From positions 78,296 to 142,295 of the forward strand of contig JAZNXK010000004.1 in NCBI GenBank assembly GCA_045593845.1: a DNA stretch of 64,000 nucleotides. Reading direction: 5' to 3'. Origin of the DNA: Alphaproteobacteria bacterium (GTDB lineage Bacteria; Pseudomonadota; Alphaproteobacteria; RF32; CAG-239). The position numbers and the translations under genes are program-made. Shown here in pieces: positions 9,906-20,697 of the stretch; positions within the stretch are counted from its first letter, which is position 1; the number at the start of each line of letters is the position of its first letter. The notes beneath the pieces were generated by a model. That model did not search any database. It worked only from the letters and a program-made list of their open reading frames with translations, and had not been told where the DNA came from.

Positions 9906-11228
9906 CTATTCATGGAACACAGTCAGCTTATTTTGCTCAACTTTTTCAATCAAAGATATGCAATAATCTTTTTTGGGAGAATTGGGAAAATTAAGAATCT
10001 TAAAGCCGAAATCAGATATTTTCTTATAGTTCTTCAAAAACTTCACCCTTGCATTAAGAACAATACTCCAATCATTAAGTTCCTTTCTTTGATAAAACTC
10101 GGTAAAGACACAAAGACAACTCAAATAACAAAAGCAAATTATACAAATTGCACCCTTAAAATTTTTGTATGAACAAAATTGTCTCAAAATCGCAAGAACG
10201 GCAACGACAAACAAAAGTGGATACGTCATATATCGAGAATACAAAATATTCCAATTTGCACGTCCAAATCCTATCATAACAACAAAAATGCCGCCATAAG
10301 CCAACAACCCCAAAGGCAAAATATTTTGCTTTATTTTATTTGTCTTAAGCAACAAACAAAATAAGAATAGAGAAAAAACAACTATTGCAACACCCCAAAA
10401 CAGCTTACAAACAGGAAAGTTCAAAATAGAAATAACACTTCCCAAAATTGAAAGCGCATATTCCGACATTTGCCACAAAGTTTTTGCTTTTGCCCCATTT
10501 AAGAACATCAACTCGCGATAATTATAAAAATACAAAGCAAAAATAGGTATTGCTACCAAAATTATATCGCAATATATTACCCTATCAAAACGCCGATCCA
10601 CAAACTGATAAAGAGCAATAACAAACACGTAACAAAGCCAAATTGCCAAACCGTGCAATGAAGAAAAAGATGCTACCAATCCCAGTATAATTGCCATATA
10701 AAAATATTTTTTATCATTAGTATCCAAATACCTGTTCAGCACAATAAGGCCGGCAACCACACATAGTTCTATCATAAACCATGCCAGCTGAAAATTCCAT
10801 AATAAATTCTCATACTGCGATATATTAAAAAGACAAAAACCTACAATCACAGAGTATAAAACATCAACAAACGTAAAATCTTGAAGCTTCTTTTCCACCG
10901 TAAAACGGATAATAAGATAATAAATCGCTACCAAAGTCAGCCAAATTGCAATTATCATGACTTTATTATTATAATCCGATATATAAGCCAATAAAAATAT
11001 AACAATTTTCGGGAACAAAATTATGTGTTCATTGTTGAAAGCTACTAGTTTTAACCAATTTATATGCCCCGTATTTTTAATATCCATAAATTCAGCAATA
11101 AGATCAAAATCTTCACGCATTATAACATTAACGGCATAGCGATTCATAAACCATGCCAAAAAAACAACCGGAAGAACAAGTAAAATCCACTTGGCAAAAT
11201 AAATCATTCTGGCTTGTGACATTTTCAT
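9906..11228 (-). CDS. polytopic membrane protein, paralog 2 of 3
   Basis: Same architecture and conserved blocks as paralogs 1 and 3. Confidence 0.65.
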   Translation of the reverse strand: MKMSQARMIYFAKWILLVLPVVFLAWFMNRYAVNVIMREDFDLIAEFMDIKNTGHINWLKLVAFNNEHIILFPKIVIFLLAYISDYNNKVMIIAIWLTLVAIYYLIIRFTVEKKLQDFTFVDVLYSVIVGFCLFNISQYENLLWNFQLAWFMIELCVVAGLIVLNRYLDTNDKKYFYMAIILGLVASFSSLHGLAIWLCYVFVIALYQFVDRRFDRVIYCDIILVAIPIFALYFYNYRELMFLNGAKAKTLWQMSEYALSILGSVISILNFPVCKLFWGVAIVVFSLFLFCLLLKTNKIKQNILPLGLLAYGGIFVVMIGFGRANWNILYSRYMTYPLLFVVAVLAILRQFCSYKNFKGAICIICFCYLSCLCVFTEFYQRKELNDWSIVLNARVKFLKNYKKISDFGFKILNFPNSPKKDYCISLIEKVEQNKLTVFHE

Positions 11229-11357
11229 ATTTTTATATCCAAAACTATCCTCAATTTCGAGATATACTAATGTAATTTAAACATTTTACAAAACATCAAA
11301 AAATTTTATACACAAAAAAACTTTACAAAAAATCTCATCCGAAAAATTAATTATAAC

Positions 11358-12689
11358 TTACTTATTCTTATCATAAAATACCGACAAATTCGCTTTTTCA
11401 ATTTTTCCAAACCGATTTATTGCATATTCTCTTGTCGTCATCAGAAAATACACATAATGTTTCATATCCCAAAAAGAAGCTTGCTTATAGTTCAGCAATA
11501 TCTCCGCTCTTTGTTTTTCTTTCTCACAAAAGTTCTTTAATCTGTCAAAGTTATCACAGCTCGCATATATACACAATTCCGATAGCAATAAAAAGCAAAT
11601 AACCGCTACCCCTCCTCTATAAGTATCAAGCGACAGATATTGCCTTAAAATTGCCAAATCACCCACAATTATCAATAGCGGAAAGGTTAAATACCTTGAA
11701 AATAAATAATTTGACCCTGCCCTGCCGATACCCAACACCAAGAGCATACCAAAGCTGAATATTATCAACCCTAACGGAAACAAATTTTGTCTTACCTTAT
11801 CGCTTTTCCACAAGACAAAAAGCAAACATACGGTTATCAATGTTTCCAAAATTCCTATAACCGTTTGCCATATCCCAAAGTTTCCGAATAACATTGTGCT
11901 TCCCTGTATAATCATCATATAATTTATCATTTGCGAAAATGATTCAGTCTTCACTTCAGGAAAGACCTCGTGATAATCATAGAAATAAACGGCATAACAC
12001 AAAACCATGGAAACGAGAACAAATAAAGAAAGATTCCTCTCAAAACGACGATTATATATCTGATAAATTATAACAACAGAGAGATAGCAAGGCCAAATAA
12101 CAAGACCGTGCAGTGATGAGAAAGAGGATACGAATGCCGATATAAGCGCAAATACAATATATTTAGTCTTTAGTGTTTTAATATACAAACATAAAGCTGC
12201 CAGCCCGAAAACCGCACAAAGCTCTATCAAAAACCAAGCGATTTGAAAACCCCACAGCAAATTCTCAAACTGCACCGTGCTAAACAAACAAAAGCCTGTT
12301 ATCAACGCATATATAATGTCTGATGAAGAAAAGGCAAAAAGTTTTTTATTTACCGTTCGCTTTATAAAAATATAATAAATCACAGAGAGCATAAACAACG
12401 ACACAAACATAATCATTTTATTGTTGTAATGTGTCAAATACGCAACGGAAAATATAATAATTTTCGGAAAAACAATTATATGCTCGTTATTGTAGGCAAA
12501 AAAACGTTTCCAATCAATTTTACCGCTTGTAATAATATCAATAAACTCGTCTATTATATCCATATCTTCATTGGAAATGGCATTAACTCCGTATTTCATG
12601 CCTATCCAAAACAAAAAGACTACGGGAATAGAGATTATAATGATTTTAAATAGAGAAACTAATTTTTTTCTATCGTTTATAAATTGCAT
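11358..12689 (-). CDS. polytopic membrane protein, paralog 3 of 3
   Basis: Same architecture and conserved blocks as paralogs 1 and 2. Confidence 0.65.
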   Translation of the reverse strand: MQFINDRKKLVSLFKIIIISIPVVFLFWIGMKYGVNAISNEDMDIIDEFIDIITSGKIDWKRFFAYNNEHIIVFPKIIIFSVAYLTHYNNKMIMFVSLFMLSVIYYIFIKRTVNKKLFAFSSSDIIYALITGFCLFSTVQFENLLWGFQIAWFLIELCAVFGLAALCLYIKTLKTKYIVFALISAFVSSFSSLHGLVIWPCYLSVVIIYQIYNRRFERNLSLFVLVSMVLCYAVYFYDYHEVFPEVKTESFSQMINYMMIIQGSTMLFGNFGIWQTVIGILETLITVCLLFVLWKSDKVRQNLFPLGLIIFSFGMLLVLGIGRAGSNYLFSRYLTFPLLIIVGDLAILRQYLSLDTYRGGVAVICFLLLSELCIYASCDNFDRLKNFCEKEKQRAEILLNYKQASFWDMKHYVYFLMTTREYAINRFGKIEKANLSVFYDKNK

Positions 12690-12946
12690 TTACAATTCTC
12701 ACACACAGCACCTAAAATCAGGAGTATATGCTAACTTTTCCACACATTATGTCAACCACGAACATTTTTTTCTGCACAATATAAACCGAATTAAATTTTC
12801 GCATTCCAAGCTGCTATACATACAAAATACAAAATATCAACAAATGCGGAAACAATCAGAAATTTTTTGTGTTTTTACTTTTGAAAATCATATGTTTAAT
12901 CTCTAAACTAAAGTGTTTTAACTATCAAATTATAAGGATTATTAAA

Positions 12947-13774
12947 ATGAGTAAAATTCACCCTACCGCCGTCATTGAAGACGGAGCCCAAATTGCCGCA
13001 ACTGCAGAAATCGGACCTTTTTGCGTTATCAGTTCAAAAGCCAAAATCGGAGAAAATGTCCGTCTTTTATCAAATGTCACCGTTATGGGTGATACCACAA
13101 TTGGCGAAGGCACGGTTGTTTTCCCCGGCGCAGTATTAGGTGCAGGTCCTCAAGACCACGGCAACGAGTTTCAGGAAGGCGCCCGTTTGGTAATCGGCAA
13201 ACGTAACGTTATCAGAGAAAACGTCACCATGCAATGCGGAACCCCGAAAGGTCAAAACCCGATCCGTGGCGAAGAACCCGAAAAATTGGTTACTCGCGTC
13301 GGCGATGATGGAATGTTTATGGTCAACAGCCATATTGCCCACGATTGTGTTGTCGGCAACAACGTTATTATGACCAACAATGCCGTCATCGGCGGACACA
13401 CTCGCGTCGGCGACGGTGCCATTTTGGGCGGCAACTGTGCCGTTCACCAATTCTGCCGCATCGGACGAAAAGCTATGATTGGCGGCATGACCGGTGTCAC
13501 CCGTGACGTCATTCCTTTTGCTATGGTAACAGGTGACCGAGGAAGATTGCGCGGTTTGAATCTGATAGGTATGAAACGCAGCGGTATGGACGAAGCAACG
13601 GTCAAAAGCATTACCAGAGCTTATATGTATATTTTCAAATCAAAAGAAGACAATTTTGAAACCAGAGTAACCAAAGCCAAAGAAAAATATAAAGACAATG
13701 AATTGGTTATGGAAATTGTTACCTTTATTGAAGATGCAATGATCGGACGTCGCAATATTTTAACCGCGGAATAA
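12947..13774 (+). CDS. lpxA: acyl-ACP--UDP-N-acetylglucosamine O-acyltransferase
   Basis: Hexapeptide-repeat protein starting MSKIHPTAVIEDGAQI, with an LpxA-type C-terminal helical domain. AAGGA sits before the ATG at 12947. Confidence 0.93.
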   Translation: MSKIHPTAVIEDGAQIAATAEIGPFCVISSKAKIGENVRLLSNVTVMGDTTIGEGTVVFPGAVLGAGPQDHGNEFQEGARLVIGKRNVIRENVTMQCGTPKGQNPIRGEEPEKLVTRVGDDGMFMVNSHIAHDCVVGNNVIMTNNAVIGGHTRVGDGAILGGNCAVHQFCRIGRKAMIGGMTGVTRDVIPFAMVTGDRGRLRGLNLIGMKRSGMDEATVKSITRAYMYIFKSKEDNFETRVTKAKEKYKDNELVMEIVTFIEDAMIGRRNILTAE

Positions 13775-13775
13775 A

Positions 13776-14618
13776 ATGGAAAATTTGCAAAGAAAACTCG
13801 GTATAATCGCCGGCGGCGGAACTCTCCCCGCCCAGCTTATCAAACATTGTCAAACAATCGGCCGCCAGTTTTTTGTTTTGGCGGTTGAGGGAAATGCCCT
13901 TCCCGAATTGACCGAAGGAAATGTTCCTCATTTATGGATACGCATGGGACAAGCCGGCAGCGGCTTAAAAAGGTTAAAAGAAGAAAAAGTGGCAGAGCTG
14001 ATTATGATTGGCACCATCCGTCGCCCGTCTTTCAAAGACCTGATACCGGACCTTCGCACAACCGCCTTTTTTGCCAAAGTCGGAAGCAAAGCCTTGGGTG
14101 ATGACGGTTTATTGCGCGCCGTAATCAAAGAAATTGAGGGCGAAGGTATTAAAGTTGTCGGGATTCAAGAAGTCATGCCCGATTTGCTCGCACCTTCGGG
14201 ACTTTTAACCAAGAAAAAACCGTCAAAACAAGATCTGATTGACATAAAAAGAGGAGTTGGTGCCGCTTTCGAACTGGGCAAACTCGATATCGGACAATCG
14301 GTCATTGTGCAAGAAGGTATTGTCTTGGGAGTTGAAGGGATTGAAGGCACCGACGAGCTGATAAAACGTTGCGCCAACTACAAACGCAAAGGTTCGGGCG
14401 GAGTTTTGGTAAAATTGCGCAAACCCCAACAAGATATGCGTATAGACTTGCCGACAATAGGACAAAGAACCATTGATAATGCCAAGCAGAGCGGGCTTAA
14501 CGGTGTTGCTATCCATGCCGGTAATACTTTAATTGTTGACCAATCGGAACTTATCAGTTATGCTAACAAACAAGGTATGTTTGTAATAGGAATTGAGCCC
14601 GGAGATTATCTTGAATAA
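13776..14618 (+). CDS. lpxI: UDP-2,3-diacylglucosamine pyrophosphatase LpxI (DUF1009)
   Basis: GIIAGGGTLP N-terminus, ~280 aa, sandwiched between lpxA and lpxB. Confidence 0.85.
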   Translation: MENLQRKLGIIAGGGTLPAQLIKHCQTIGRQFFVLAVEGNALPELTEGNVPHLWIRMGQAGSGLKRLKEEKVAELIMIGTIRRPSFKDLIPDLRTTAFFAKVGSKALGDDGLLRAVIKEIEGEGIKVVGIQEVMPDLLAPSGLLTKKKPSKQDLIDIKRGVGAAFELGKLDIGQSVIVQEGIVLGVEGIEGTDELIKRCANYKRKGSGGVLVKLRKPQQDMRIDLPTIGQRTIDNAKQSGLNGVAIHAGNTLIVDQSELISYANKQGMFVIGIEPGDYLE

Positions 14619-15771
14619 AAAACTTAAAATCTATCTCATAGCCGGCGAACCTTCAGGTGATGCGCTGGGTGCACGTTTGATGTCCGCTCTAAAGAAAAAA
14701 ACTGCTAACAATGTTGAGTTTTTCGGTTTGGGCGGCGAAAATATGGAAAATGAGGGAATGAATTCCCTTTTTGATATATCCGAGCTTTCAATTATGGGGA
14801 TTGCTGAAATTATACCCAGCATCCCAAAAATTTTGCGCCGTATCAAACAAACCGTAAACGATATATTGCAAACCCAACCTGATATTGTAATAAGTATCGA
14901 TTCTTGGAGTTTTGCCAGCCGCGTGCAAAAACTTTTGCGTTCCAAACACCTGCCTATTCCGCAAGTTCACTATGTTGCGCCGCAAGTTTGGGCTTGGAAG
15001 AAAAAACGCGCCAAAACCATGCACAAATATGTTGATTGCCTCCTCACTCTCTTGCCATATGAAGCAAAATATTTTGTTCCCCACGGACTAAAAACTATTT
15101 TTGTCGGGCATCCGGTTATTGAAAGTCCGGTAGTGCAAGGTAATAAAGAAATTTTCAAAAAGCAATACAATATTGCCGACGATAAAAAAATTATTTGCAT
15201 ACTTCCCGGCTCTCGCCACAACGAAGTTGCCACTTTGTTGCCTATTTTCCTTGAATCTGCAAAAAAATTACTTGAAAAACACCCGGATTTGTTATTTGTA
15301 ATCCCGACCGTTCGCACGGTTGAAAAGCGTGTCAAAAAAATGACTTCCGATTGCAATTTACCAATACTTTTGGTTGAAAGCGGCAAAGATCGCCACAATG
15401 CCATGTGTGCAGCCGAAGCAGCAATTGCCGCCTCAGGAACCGTTGCACTTGAACTCGCCATTGCTAATGTTCCGCATATAATCGGCTATAAAGTATCGCC
15501 TTTAACCGCCTTTATTGTCGAACACCTTATGCACATCAAGTTCGTAAATCTGTCAAATATATTGCTCAATCGCGAGCTTGTACCTGAACTCTTGCAAAAA
15601 GATTGCAATACCGAAAACATTATCAAATATACCGAAATGTTTTTGCAAAAGGGTGATTTTTATCAAAAACAAATTTCAGGCTTTGCCGAGGTTAGAAAAG
15701 TATTGGGATTCGGAGAACAAACCCCAAGCGAAAAAGCCGCTGACGCAATATTTGAGATAATAAACAAATAA
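14593..15771 (+). CDS. lpxB: lipid-A-disaccharide synthase
   Basis: KIYLIAGEPSGD N-terminal motif and ~390 aa. The start is uncertain: TTG at 14593 or 14611, with no in-frame ATG nearby. Confidence 0.9.
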   Translation: MSPEIILNKKLKIYLIAGEPSGDALGARLMSALKKKTANNVEFFGLGGENMENEGMNSLFDISELSIMGIAEIIPSIPKILRRIKQTVNDILQTQPDIVISIDSWSFASRVQKLLRSKHLPIPQVHYVAPQVWAWKKKRAKTMHKYVDCLLTLLPYEAKYFVPHGLKTIFVGHPVIESPVVQGNKEIFKKQYNIADDKKIICILPGSRHNEVATLLPIFLESAKKLLEKHPDLLFVIPTVRTVEKRVKKMTSDCNLPILLVESGKDRHNAMCAAEAAIAASGTVALELAIANVPHIIGYKVSPLTAFIVEHLMHIKFVNLSNILLNRELVPELLQKDCNTENIIKYTEMFLQKGDFYQKQISGFAEVRKVLGFGEQTPSEKAADAIFEIINK

Positions 15772-15888
15772 TAATCTTGCAAATTTTGCAACATCTTGTA
15801 ATATTGATTTAGAATATGAAAATATATCGCGGGCACTACCCCGCCATTTATTAAACGTATTGGACTTTATTTAGCAGAATACTACAAA

Positions 15889-16608
15889 ATGACTAAAAAT
15901 ACTATTGACTTACTACACAAAAAATACGGCACAAAAACAAAAATTTATTCGCCAATTTTAGGAAAATGTAAAGAAGTTTATATCATTGAAAACCAAAAGC
16001 AGAAATTCGTAGTTCTGATTGATAGAAAAAATACCTACGAACATCAATATCGTTTCTTACGCTCTAACTACATGCAAAAATTTTTATATGATCAAAATCT
16101 GCCGGTAGCAGACGTTTCGGATATATTTTATCTAAATAACAAAAGAATTGCCGCGAAGCACACTTATCTTGATGGAAAAAATATTGAAGATCTCGACGAA
16201 GAAATTGCATATAAATTGGGAAAAACCATTGCAAAGTTTCACTTATGCTCAATCAAAAATTTTCACCCTGTTTATCCGTTAAAATACAAAATTTTTGACA
16301 TCATCCGCAAAATAAAAAACTTTTTCCGCATAAAGAAACTGACTTTTCAAAATAATAGCATAAAAAATCTTCCTTTGGGTATATGCCAGCGTGATCTGAA
16401 TCTGAACAATTTTATCATAACAAAAGACAAAATATTTTTAATTGACTTTGACCGTTGGAGATATTGGCCTTTAGCTTGCGAATTAGTTCGTTTTATCCAA
16501 CACAAAACTCTAAAACAAGAAATTATTAACGGATATCAGTCTGTTCGACCGTTAACAACAGAAGAAAAGCAATATTTAATCCAGAAATTACCTGAATTAA
16601 AATTATAA
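15889..16608 (+). CDS. protein-kinase-like fold phosphotransferase (APH/choline-kinase/Kdo-kinase-like)
   Basis: QRDLNLNNF plus LIDFD motifs resemble the catalytic loop and DFD of the APH family, with H replaced by Q. Confidence 0.6.
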   Translation: MTKNTIDLLHKKYGTKTKIYSPILGKCKEVYIIENQKQKFVVLIDRKNTYEHQYRFLRSNYMQKFLYDQNLPVADVSDIFYLNNKRIAAKHTYLDGKNIEDLDEEIAYKLGKTIAKFHLCSIKNFHPVYPLKYKIFDIIRKIKNFFRIKKLTFQNNSIKNLPLGICQRDLNLNNFIITKDKIFLIDFDRWRYWPLACELVRFIQHKTLKQEIINGYQSVRPLTTEEKQYLIQKLPELKL

Positions 16609-16610
16609 AT

Positions 16611-17681
16611 CTATCCCAAATATAATTCACTCTTTTTATATTTTTTGATGGCATAACGGATCAAAACACCGATAATTGCAGCTACCGGCACCGCTATCAT
16701 CAAACCTAAAAAGCCAAGCAAAACACCGCCGGCAAGCAACGCAAACATAATCCACACCGGATGCAATCCGACACTATTGCCGACCAATTTAGGGGTTAAA
16801 AAATTGCCCTCCAAAAATTGTCCGAGCAAAAATACTCCGACAACAGCGGCAAAAGGTTGCCAACTATCAAATTGAGCAATAGCCAAGCAGATACTTATAA
16901 CAAAACCAGATATTGAACCGACATAAGGAATAAAAGAAATCACTCCCGCCAAAAAACCGACCATCAATCCCAAATCAAGTCCGCATAAATACAACCCCAA
17001 GGCATAAAAACTGCCCAAAATCAAGCAAACACTCAACTGACCGCGAATAAATCCCGCCAAGGTGCGATCAATTTCTCTTGCTTGTTCTTCTATATCTTTT
17101 TTGGATTTTCTCGGCAATAGACTATCTATTTTGGCAATAAAACTGTCCCAATCGCGCAACATATAAAAAGCCACAACCGGAGTAATCAGCAAAAGCGATA
17201 TAAGATTTATAATCGCCATTCCTCCCGAAAGAATACTTTTTATAACTTTTCCCAAAATTTTCAAATTATTCGACATATTGGCATTAAGATAATCTTTGAT
17301 TTTATCGGCCTCAAGAGAGGGAAAATCCTCTTGCAGACGCAACAAAACCGGCTCAATTTTTTTCAACAATCTCGCAACATAAGTCGGCACCGCTCCGATA
17401 AAAGTGGTTATCTGATTATCGAGCATATTAACGAGCAAAATAAAAGCAGGAACCAGTATAATAAGTGTCAAAACCATAACCATAATCGTGGCAACGGTTC
17501 TGTTCATCCCCATTTTTTCAAAACGTACGGCAATCGGGTCAAGCAGATATCCAATAACAATACCTGTTGCAAAAGGCATCAAAACCGAGCGCAAAACATA
17601 CACCGCCGCGCAAAAAAACACAAACAAAGCCAACCAAAACACCTTGTTTGATTTTATGGTATTATTTTCTGCGGCAATCAT
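16611..17681 (-). CDS. AI-2E family transporter (PerM/UPF0118)
   Basis: About 8 TM, 356 aa, family-typical layout. Confidence 0.8.
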   Translation of the reverse strand: MIAAENNTIKSNKVFWLALFVFFCAAVYVLRSVLMPFATGIVIGYLLDPIAVRFEKMGMNRTVATIMVMVLTLIILVPAFILLVNMLDNQITTFIGAVPTYVARLLKKIEPVLLRLQEDFPSLEADKIKDYLNANMSNNLKILGKVIKSILSGGMAIINLISLLLITPVVAFYMLRDWDSFIAKIDSLLPRKSKKDIEEQAREIDRTLAGFIRGQLSVCLILGSFYALGLYLCGLDLGLMVGFLAGVISFIPYVGSISGFVISICLAIAQFDSWQPFAAVVGVFLLGQFLEGNFLTPKLVGNSVGLHPVWIMFALLAGGVLLGFLGLMIAVPVAAIIGVLIRYAIKKYKKSELYLG

Positions 17682-18307
17682 TCTTCCTCCGTTTCTTTAA
17701 TCGGGGCAGTCAAAATATATATATTACCGTTTCTCTGCATATTAAGATGCAACAATCTCATAGATTCTTCCAAATTCTCCAAACTTCCGGAGTATTCAAG
17801 CTTAAATTGAGCCTTGCGAAAGGTCATTCCGATAATTTTGATATTTTCAATCGCCGCAATAGTTTTCATCTTTTTTTCGGTTGCAATCCAATCAGAAAGA
17901 GTATCAAACAAATATATCACATTGATTTCCTGTGAATTCCCGTACTCAGAAAGTCCTTTTTCCTGCAAATACTGGCGCAAAACATCATTTTGCACCGTAA
18001 CTTTCAGTTGAGCAATATAACGAACATCAGAAGACTTTTCCTCCAAAACAGTGGCTTCTTTAATAAAATACATAATCTGCTCTCCGCTCAGACCATGCAC
18101 AACTTCCATCCCTTTAGAGTCGGTAAATTTTTCCGCAGCTTCATTAACAGCTCTTCTGTTCGCTTGCGCCATAGCTTTTTCACGCGCGACAGCGGCATTA
18201 ACATCCGTAACATCAACGTCCACAATCGAAAAATAATTATCAGCGGCCATTGCCGGAAAAGCAAACATAGTCAACAAAAACAAAAAGCAGCGAATTTTCA
18301 TTATCAA
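17678..18307 (-). CDS. secreted/periplasmic hypothetical protein
   Basis: Signal peptide ..MFAFPAMA/AD. Its stop overlaps the start of the downstream transporter gene. Confidence 0.6.
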   Translation of the reverse strand: MIMKIRCFLFLLTMFAFPAMAADNYFSIVDVDVTDVNAAVAREKAMAQANRRAVNEAAEKFTDSKGMEVVHGLSGEQIMYFIKEATVLEEKSSDVRYIAQLKVTVQNDVLRQYLQEKGLSEYGNSQEINVIYLFDTLSDWIATEKKMKTIAAIENIKIIGMTFRKAQFKLEYSGSLENLEESMRLLHLNMQRNGNIYILTAPIKETEEE

Positions 18308-18434
18308 TCTCCCGTTTTTTTCACATTGCCGTTATCTTAAATTAAAATATCTTAAAAAGCAAAAGTTTTTATAGACTTTTAAATTAAATGGTTGTTTATT
18401 GTAGCATAATCAAAACAAATCAAGGGGAAAAACC

Positions 18435-19439
18435 ATGGAATACACGGCTTTTTTAAACAACTTAATCACCAAAGCCAAGCAAAACGTCAAAACGATTGTT
18501 TTGCCCGAAGGTGAGGATAAACGCATTTTGCAAGCTGCACATATTGTGGCTGAACAAAATGCCGCTAAATTGATAATTTTGGGCAACCAAAAAGAAATAA
18601 ACGAATATTTTGCGCAAAATAACTGGAATATGGACAATATCACCGTTTTAGAACCGGAAAAATCCGAAAAGTTGGCACAATATGCCGAAATATTTTATGA
18701 AATGCGCAAAGAAAAAGGTATATCTAAAGAAGATGCCTATAAACAAGTTTCCAACTACAACTATTTCGGCACCATGATGATAAAAGCCGGTGATGCCGAC
18801 GGTATGGTTTCGGGAGCCAATCACTCCACCGCCGACACTGTCCGCCCTGCTCTGCAAATTATCAAATCCAAAAAGAAAGGTCGTTCAGTTTCTTCCGCGG
18901 TAGTAATCGTCTCTGACAATGAGCCTTTTGTTTTCTCGGACTGTGCCATCATCATTGACCCGACCGCACAAGAATTGGCCGATATTGCCATAGATGCGGC
19001 AGAAACCGCTATGTCATTCGGCATTGAGCCCAAAGTTGCATTGCTCTCTTTTTCCACCAAAGGTTCTGCCAAAGGCGAAAAAGTTGACAAGGTAACCGAA
19101 GCCCTAAAACTTGCCCAACAACAACTGCAAGCTCCCGAATATCAAAATTCTCCGATAAAAGTTGACGGAGAATTACAGCTTGATGCTGCCGTAGATAGCA
19201 TTGTTGCCGCCAAAAAAGCTCCAAACAGCGAAGTTGCCGGTTCTGCCCGCGTTCTTGTTTTTCCCGACATCAATGCCGGAAACATCGGCTACAAGCTCTG
19301 CCAACGTCTCGGCAAAAACGAGGCTTATGGCCCGATTTTGCAAGGTCTTAATGCTCCCGTAAATGATCTTTCCCGCGGTGCATTGGTTGAAGACATTGTC
19401 GGTATGATTGCCATTACTTGCCTGCAGGCTCAACAATAA
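18435..19439 (+). CDS. pta: phosphate acetyltransferase (short form)
   Basis: PTA_PTB motifs (VLPEGED.R.L.AA, SGANHSTADTVRPALQ), immediately upstream of ackA. Confidence 0.92.
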   Translation: MEYTAFLNNLITKAKQNVKTIVLPEGEDKRILQAAHIVAEQNAAKLIILGNQKEINEYFAQNNWNMDNITVLEPEKSEKLAQYAEIFYEMRKEKGISKEDAYKQVSNYNYFGTMMIKAGDADGMVSGANHSTADTVRPALQIIKSKKKGRSVSSAVVIVSDNEPFVFSDCAIIIDPTAQELADIAIDAAETAMSFGIEPKVALLSFSTKGSAKGEKVDKVTEALKLAQQQLQAPEYQNSPIKVDGELQLDAAVDSIVAAKKAPNSEVAGSARVLVFPDINAGNIGYKLCQRLGKNEAYGPILQGLNAPVNDLSRGALVEDIVGMIAITCLQAQQ

Positions 19440-19458
19440 ACACTAAATGAGGTAAAAT

Positions 19459-20646
19459 ATGAAACAAAAAATTTTGGTCTTAAATTCAGGCTCTTCTTCT
19501 CTCAAATACCAATTATTTGACGTTGACGGAGATAACTACACCGTTGTTGCCAAAGGTTTAGCCGAACGCATCGGTATTGAAGGAGCTTTTGTCAGCATCA
19601 AAATCGGCGACGGTGAAAAACAAATTAAAGAAATGCCTTTGCCAACCCACCAAGAAGCCATAAAAGAAGTTTTGGATTTGTTATTGAGCGGACCTCTTAA
19701 CAGCCTCGACGAGCTCTCCGGCGTAGGACACCGCGTTGTTCACGGTGGTGAATATTTCAGTCATTCAGTTCTCATCAACAACGACGTAATCAGCAAAATC
19801 GAAGAATTGTGCGCTTTGGCACCTCTTCATAATCCGGCAGCCATTTTGGGCATCAAAGCCATTCAAAATCTTTTGCCCAACATTGAACAAGTTGCAGTTT
19901 TTGATACCGCTTTTCACCAAACAATGCCCGAAGAAGCCTTTATGTATGCTTTGCCGAAGGAACAATATAAAAACTATCACATCAGACGCTATGGCATGCA
20001 CGGAACATCACACTTATACGTTTCCCGCCAAGCCATCAAACTTTTGGGCAATCCCGAGCATAGCAAAATCATCACCTGCCACATTGGTAACGGAGCTTCA
20101 ATTACCGCAGTAAAAGACGGCAAGTGTATAGATACATCCATGGGCTTTACTCCTTTGGCCGGTGTTGTAATGGGTACCCGCAGCGGTGATATTGACCCCT
20201 ATATTCCGCTATATATCATGAAAACCCAAAACAAGAGCATTGATGAAGTTGACAAGATGCTAAACAAACAATCAGGAATGTTCGGACTTTGCGGACTTTC
20301 CGATAATCGCGACGTTGAGGTCAAATACTTTGCCGGCGACCGTGATGCTATTGTTGCCATGCAGGTATATTCATACAGCATTGTCAAGTATATCGGCTCA
20401 TACATTGCCGCTATGGGCGGTGTAGATGCCATTGTATTTGCCGGCGGTGTCGGCGAAAACGGCTCTGAAGTGCGCAAACTTGTCTGCGACAGATTAGCAT
20501 ATTTGGGAATTTCTCTCGATGCCGAAGCCAACAAAAAGCGCGGACAAACAATTGCTATTTCTACTCCGGAATCAAAGGTAAAAGTTTTCGTCATTCCGAC
20601 CGACGAAGAATTGATTATCGCCCAAGATACGGTAAAACTTATATAG
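19459..20646 (+). CDS. ackA: acetate kinase
   Basis: ILVLNSGSSSLKYQLF N-terminus plus HRVVHGG and YGMHGTSH motifs. Confidence 0.95.
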   Translation: MKQKILVLNSGSSSLKYQLFDVDGDNYTVVAKGLAERIGIEGAFVSIKIGDGEKQIKEMPLPTHQEAIKEVLDLLLSGPLNSLDELSGVGHRVVHGGEYFSHSVLINNDVISKIEELCALAPLHNPAAILGIKAIQNLLPNIEQVAVFDTAFHQTMPEEAFMYALPKEQYKNYHIRRYGMHGTSHLYVSRQAIKLLGNPEHSKIITCHIGNGASITAVKDGKCIDTSMGFTPLAGVVMGTRSGDIDPYIPLYIMKTQNKSIDEVDKMLNKQSGMFGLCGLSDNRDVEVKYFAGDRDAIVAMQVYSYSIVKYIGSYIAAMGGVDAIVFAGGVGENGSEVRKLVCDRLAYLGISLDAEANKKRGQTIAISTPESKVKVFVIPTDEELIIAQDTVKLI

Positions 20647-20669
20647 ATATGGTTCAAAGCTTAAAAAAA

Positions 20670-20695
20670 CTCCGACTTCACAGTCGGAGTTTTTT
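20670..20695. terminator. bidirectional intrinsic terminator between ackA and the XRE gene
   Basis: Hairpin ctccgact/agtcggag flanked by an A-run and a T-run. Confidence 0.7.
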
Positions 20696-20697
20696 CT

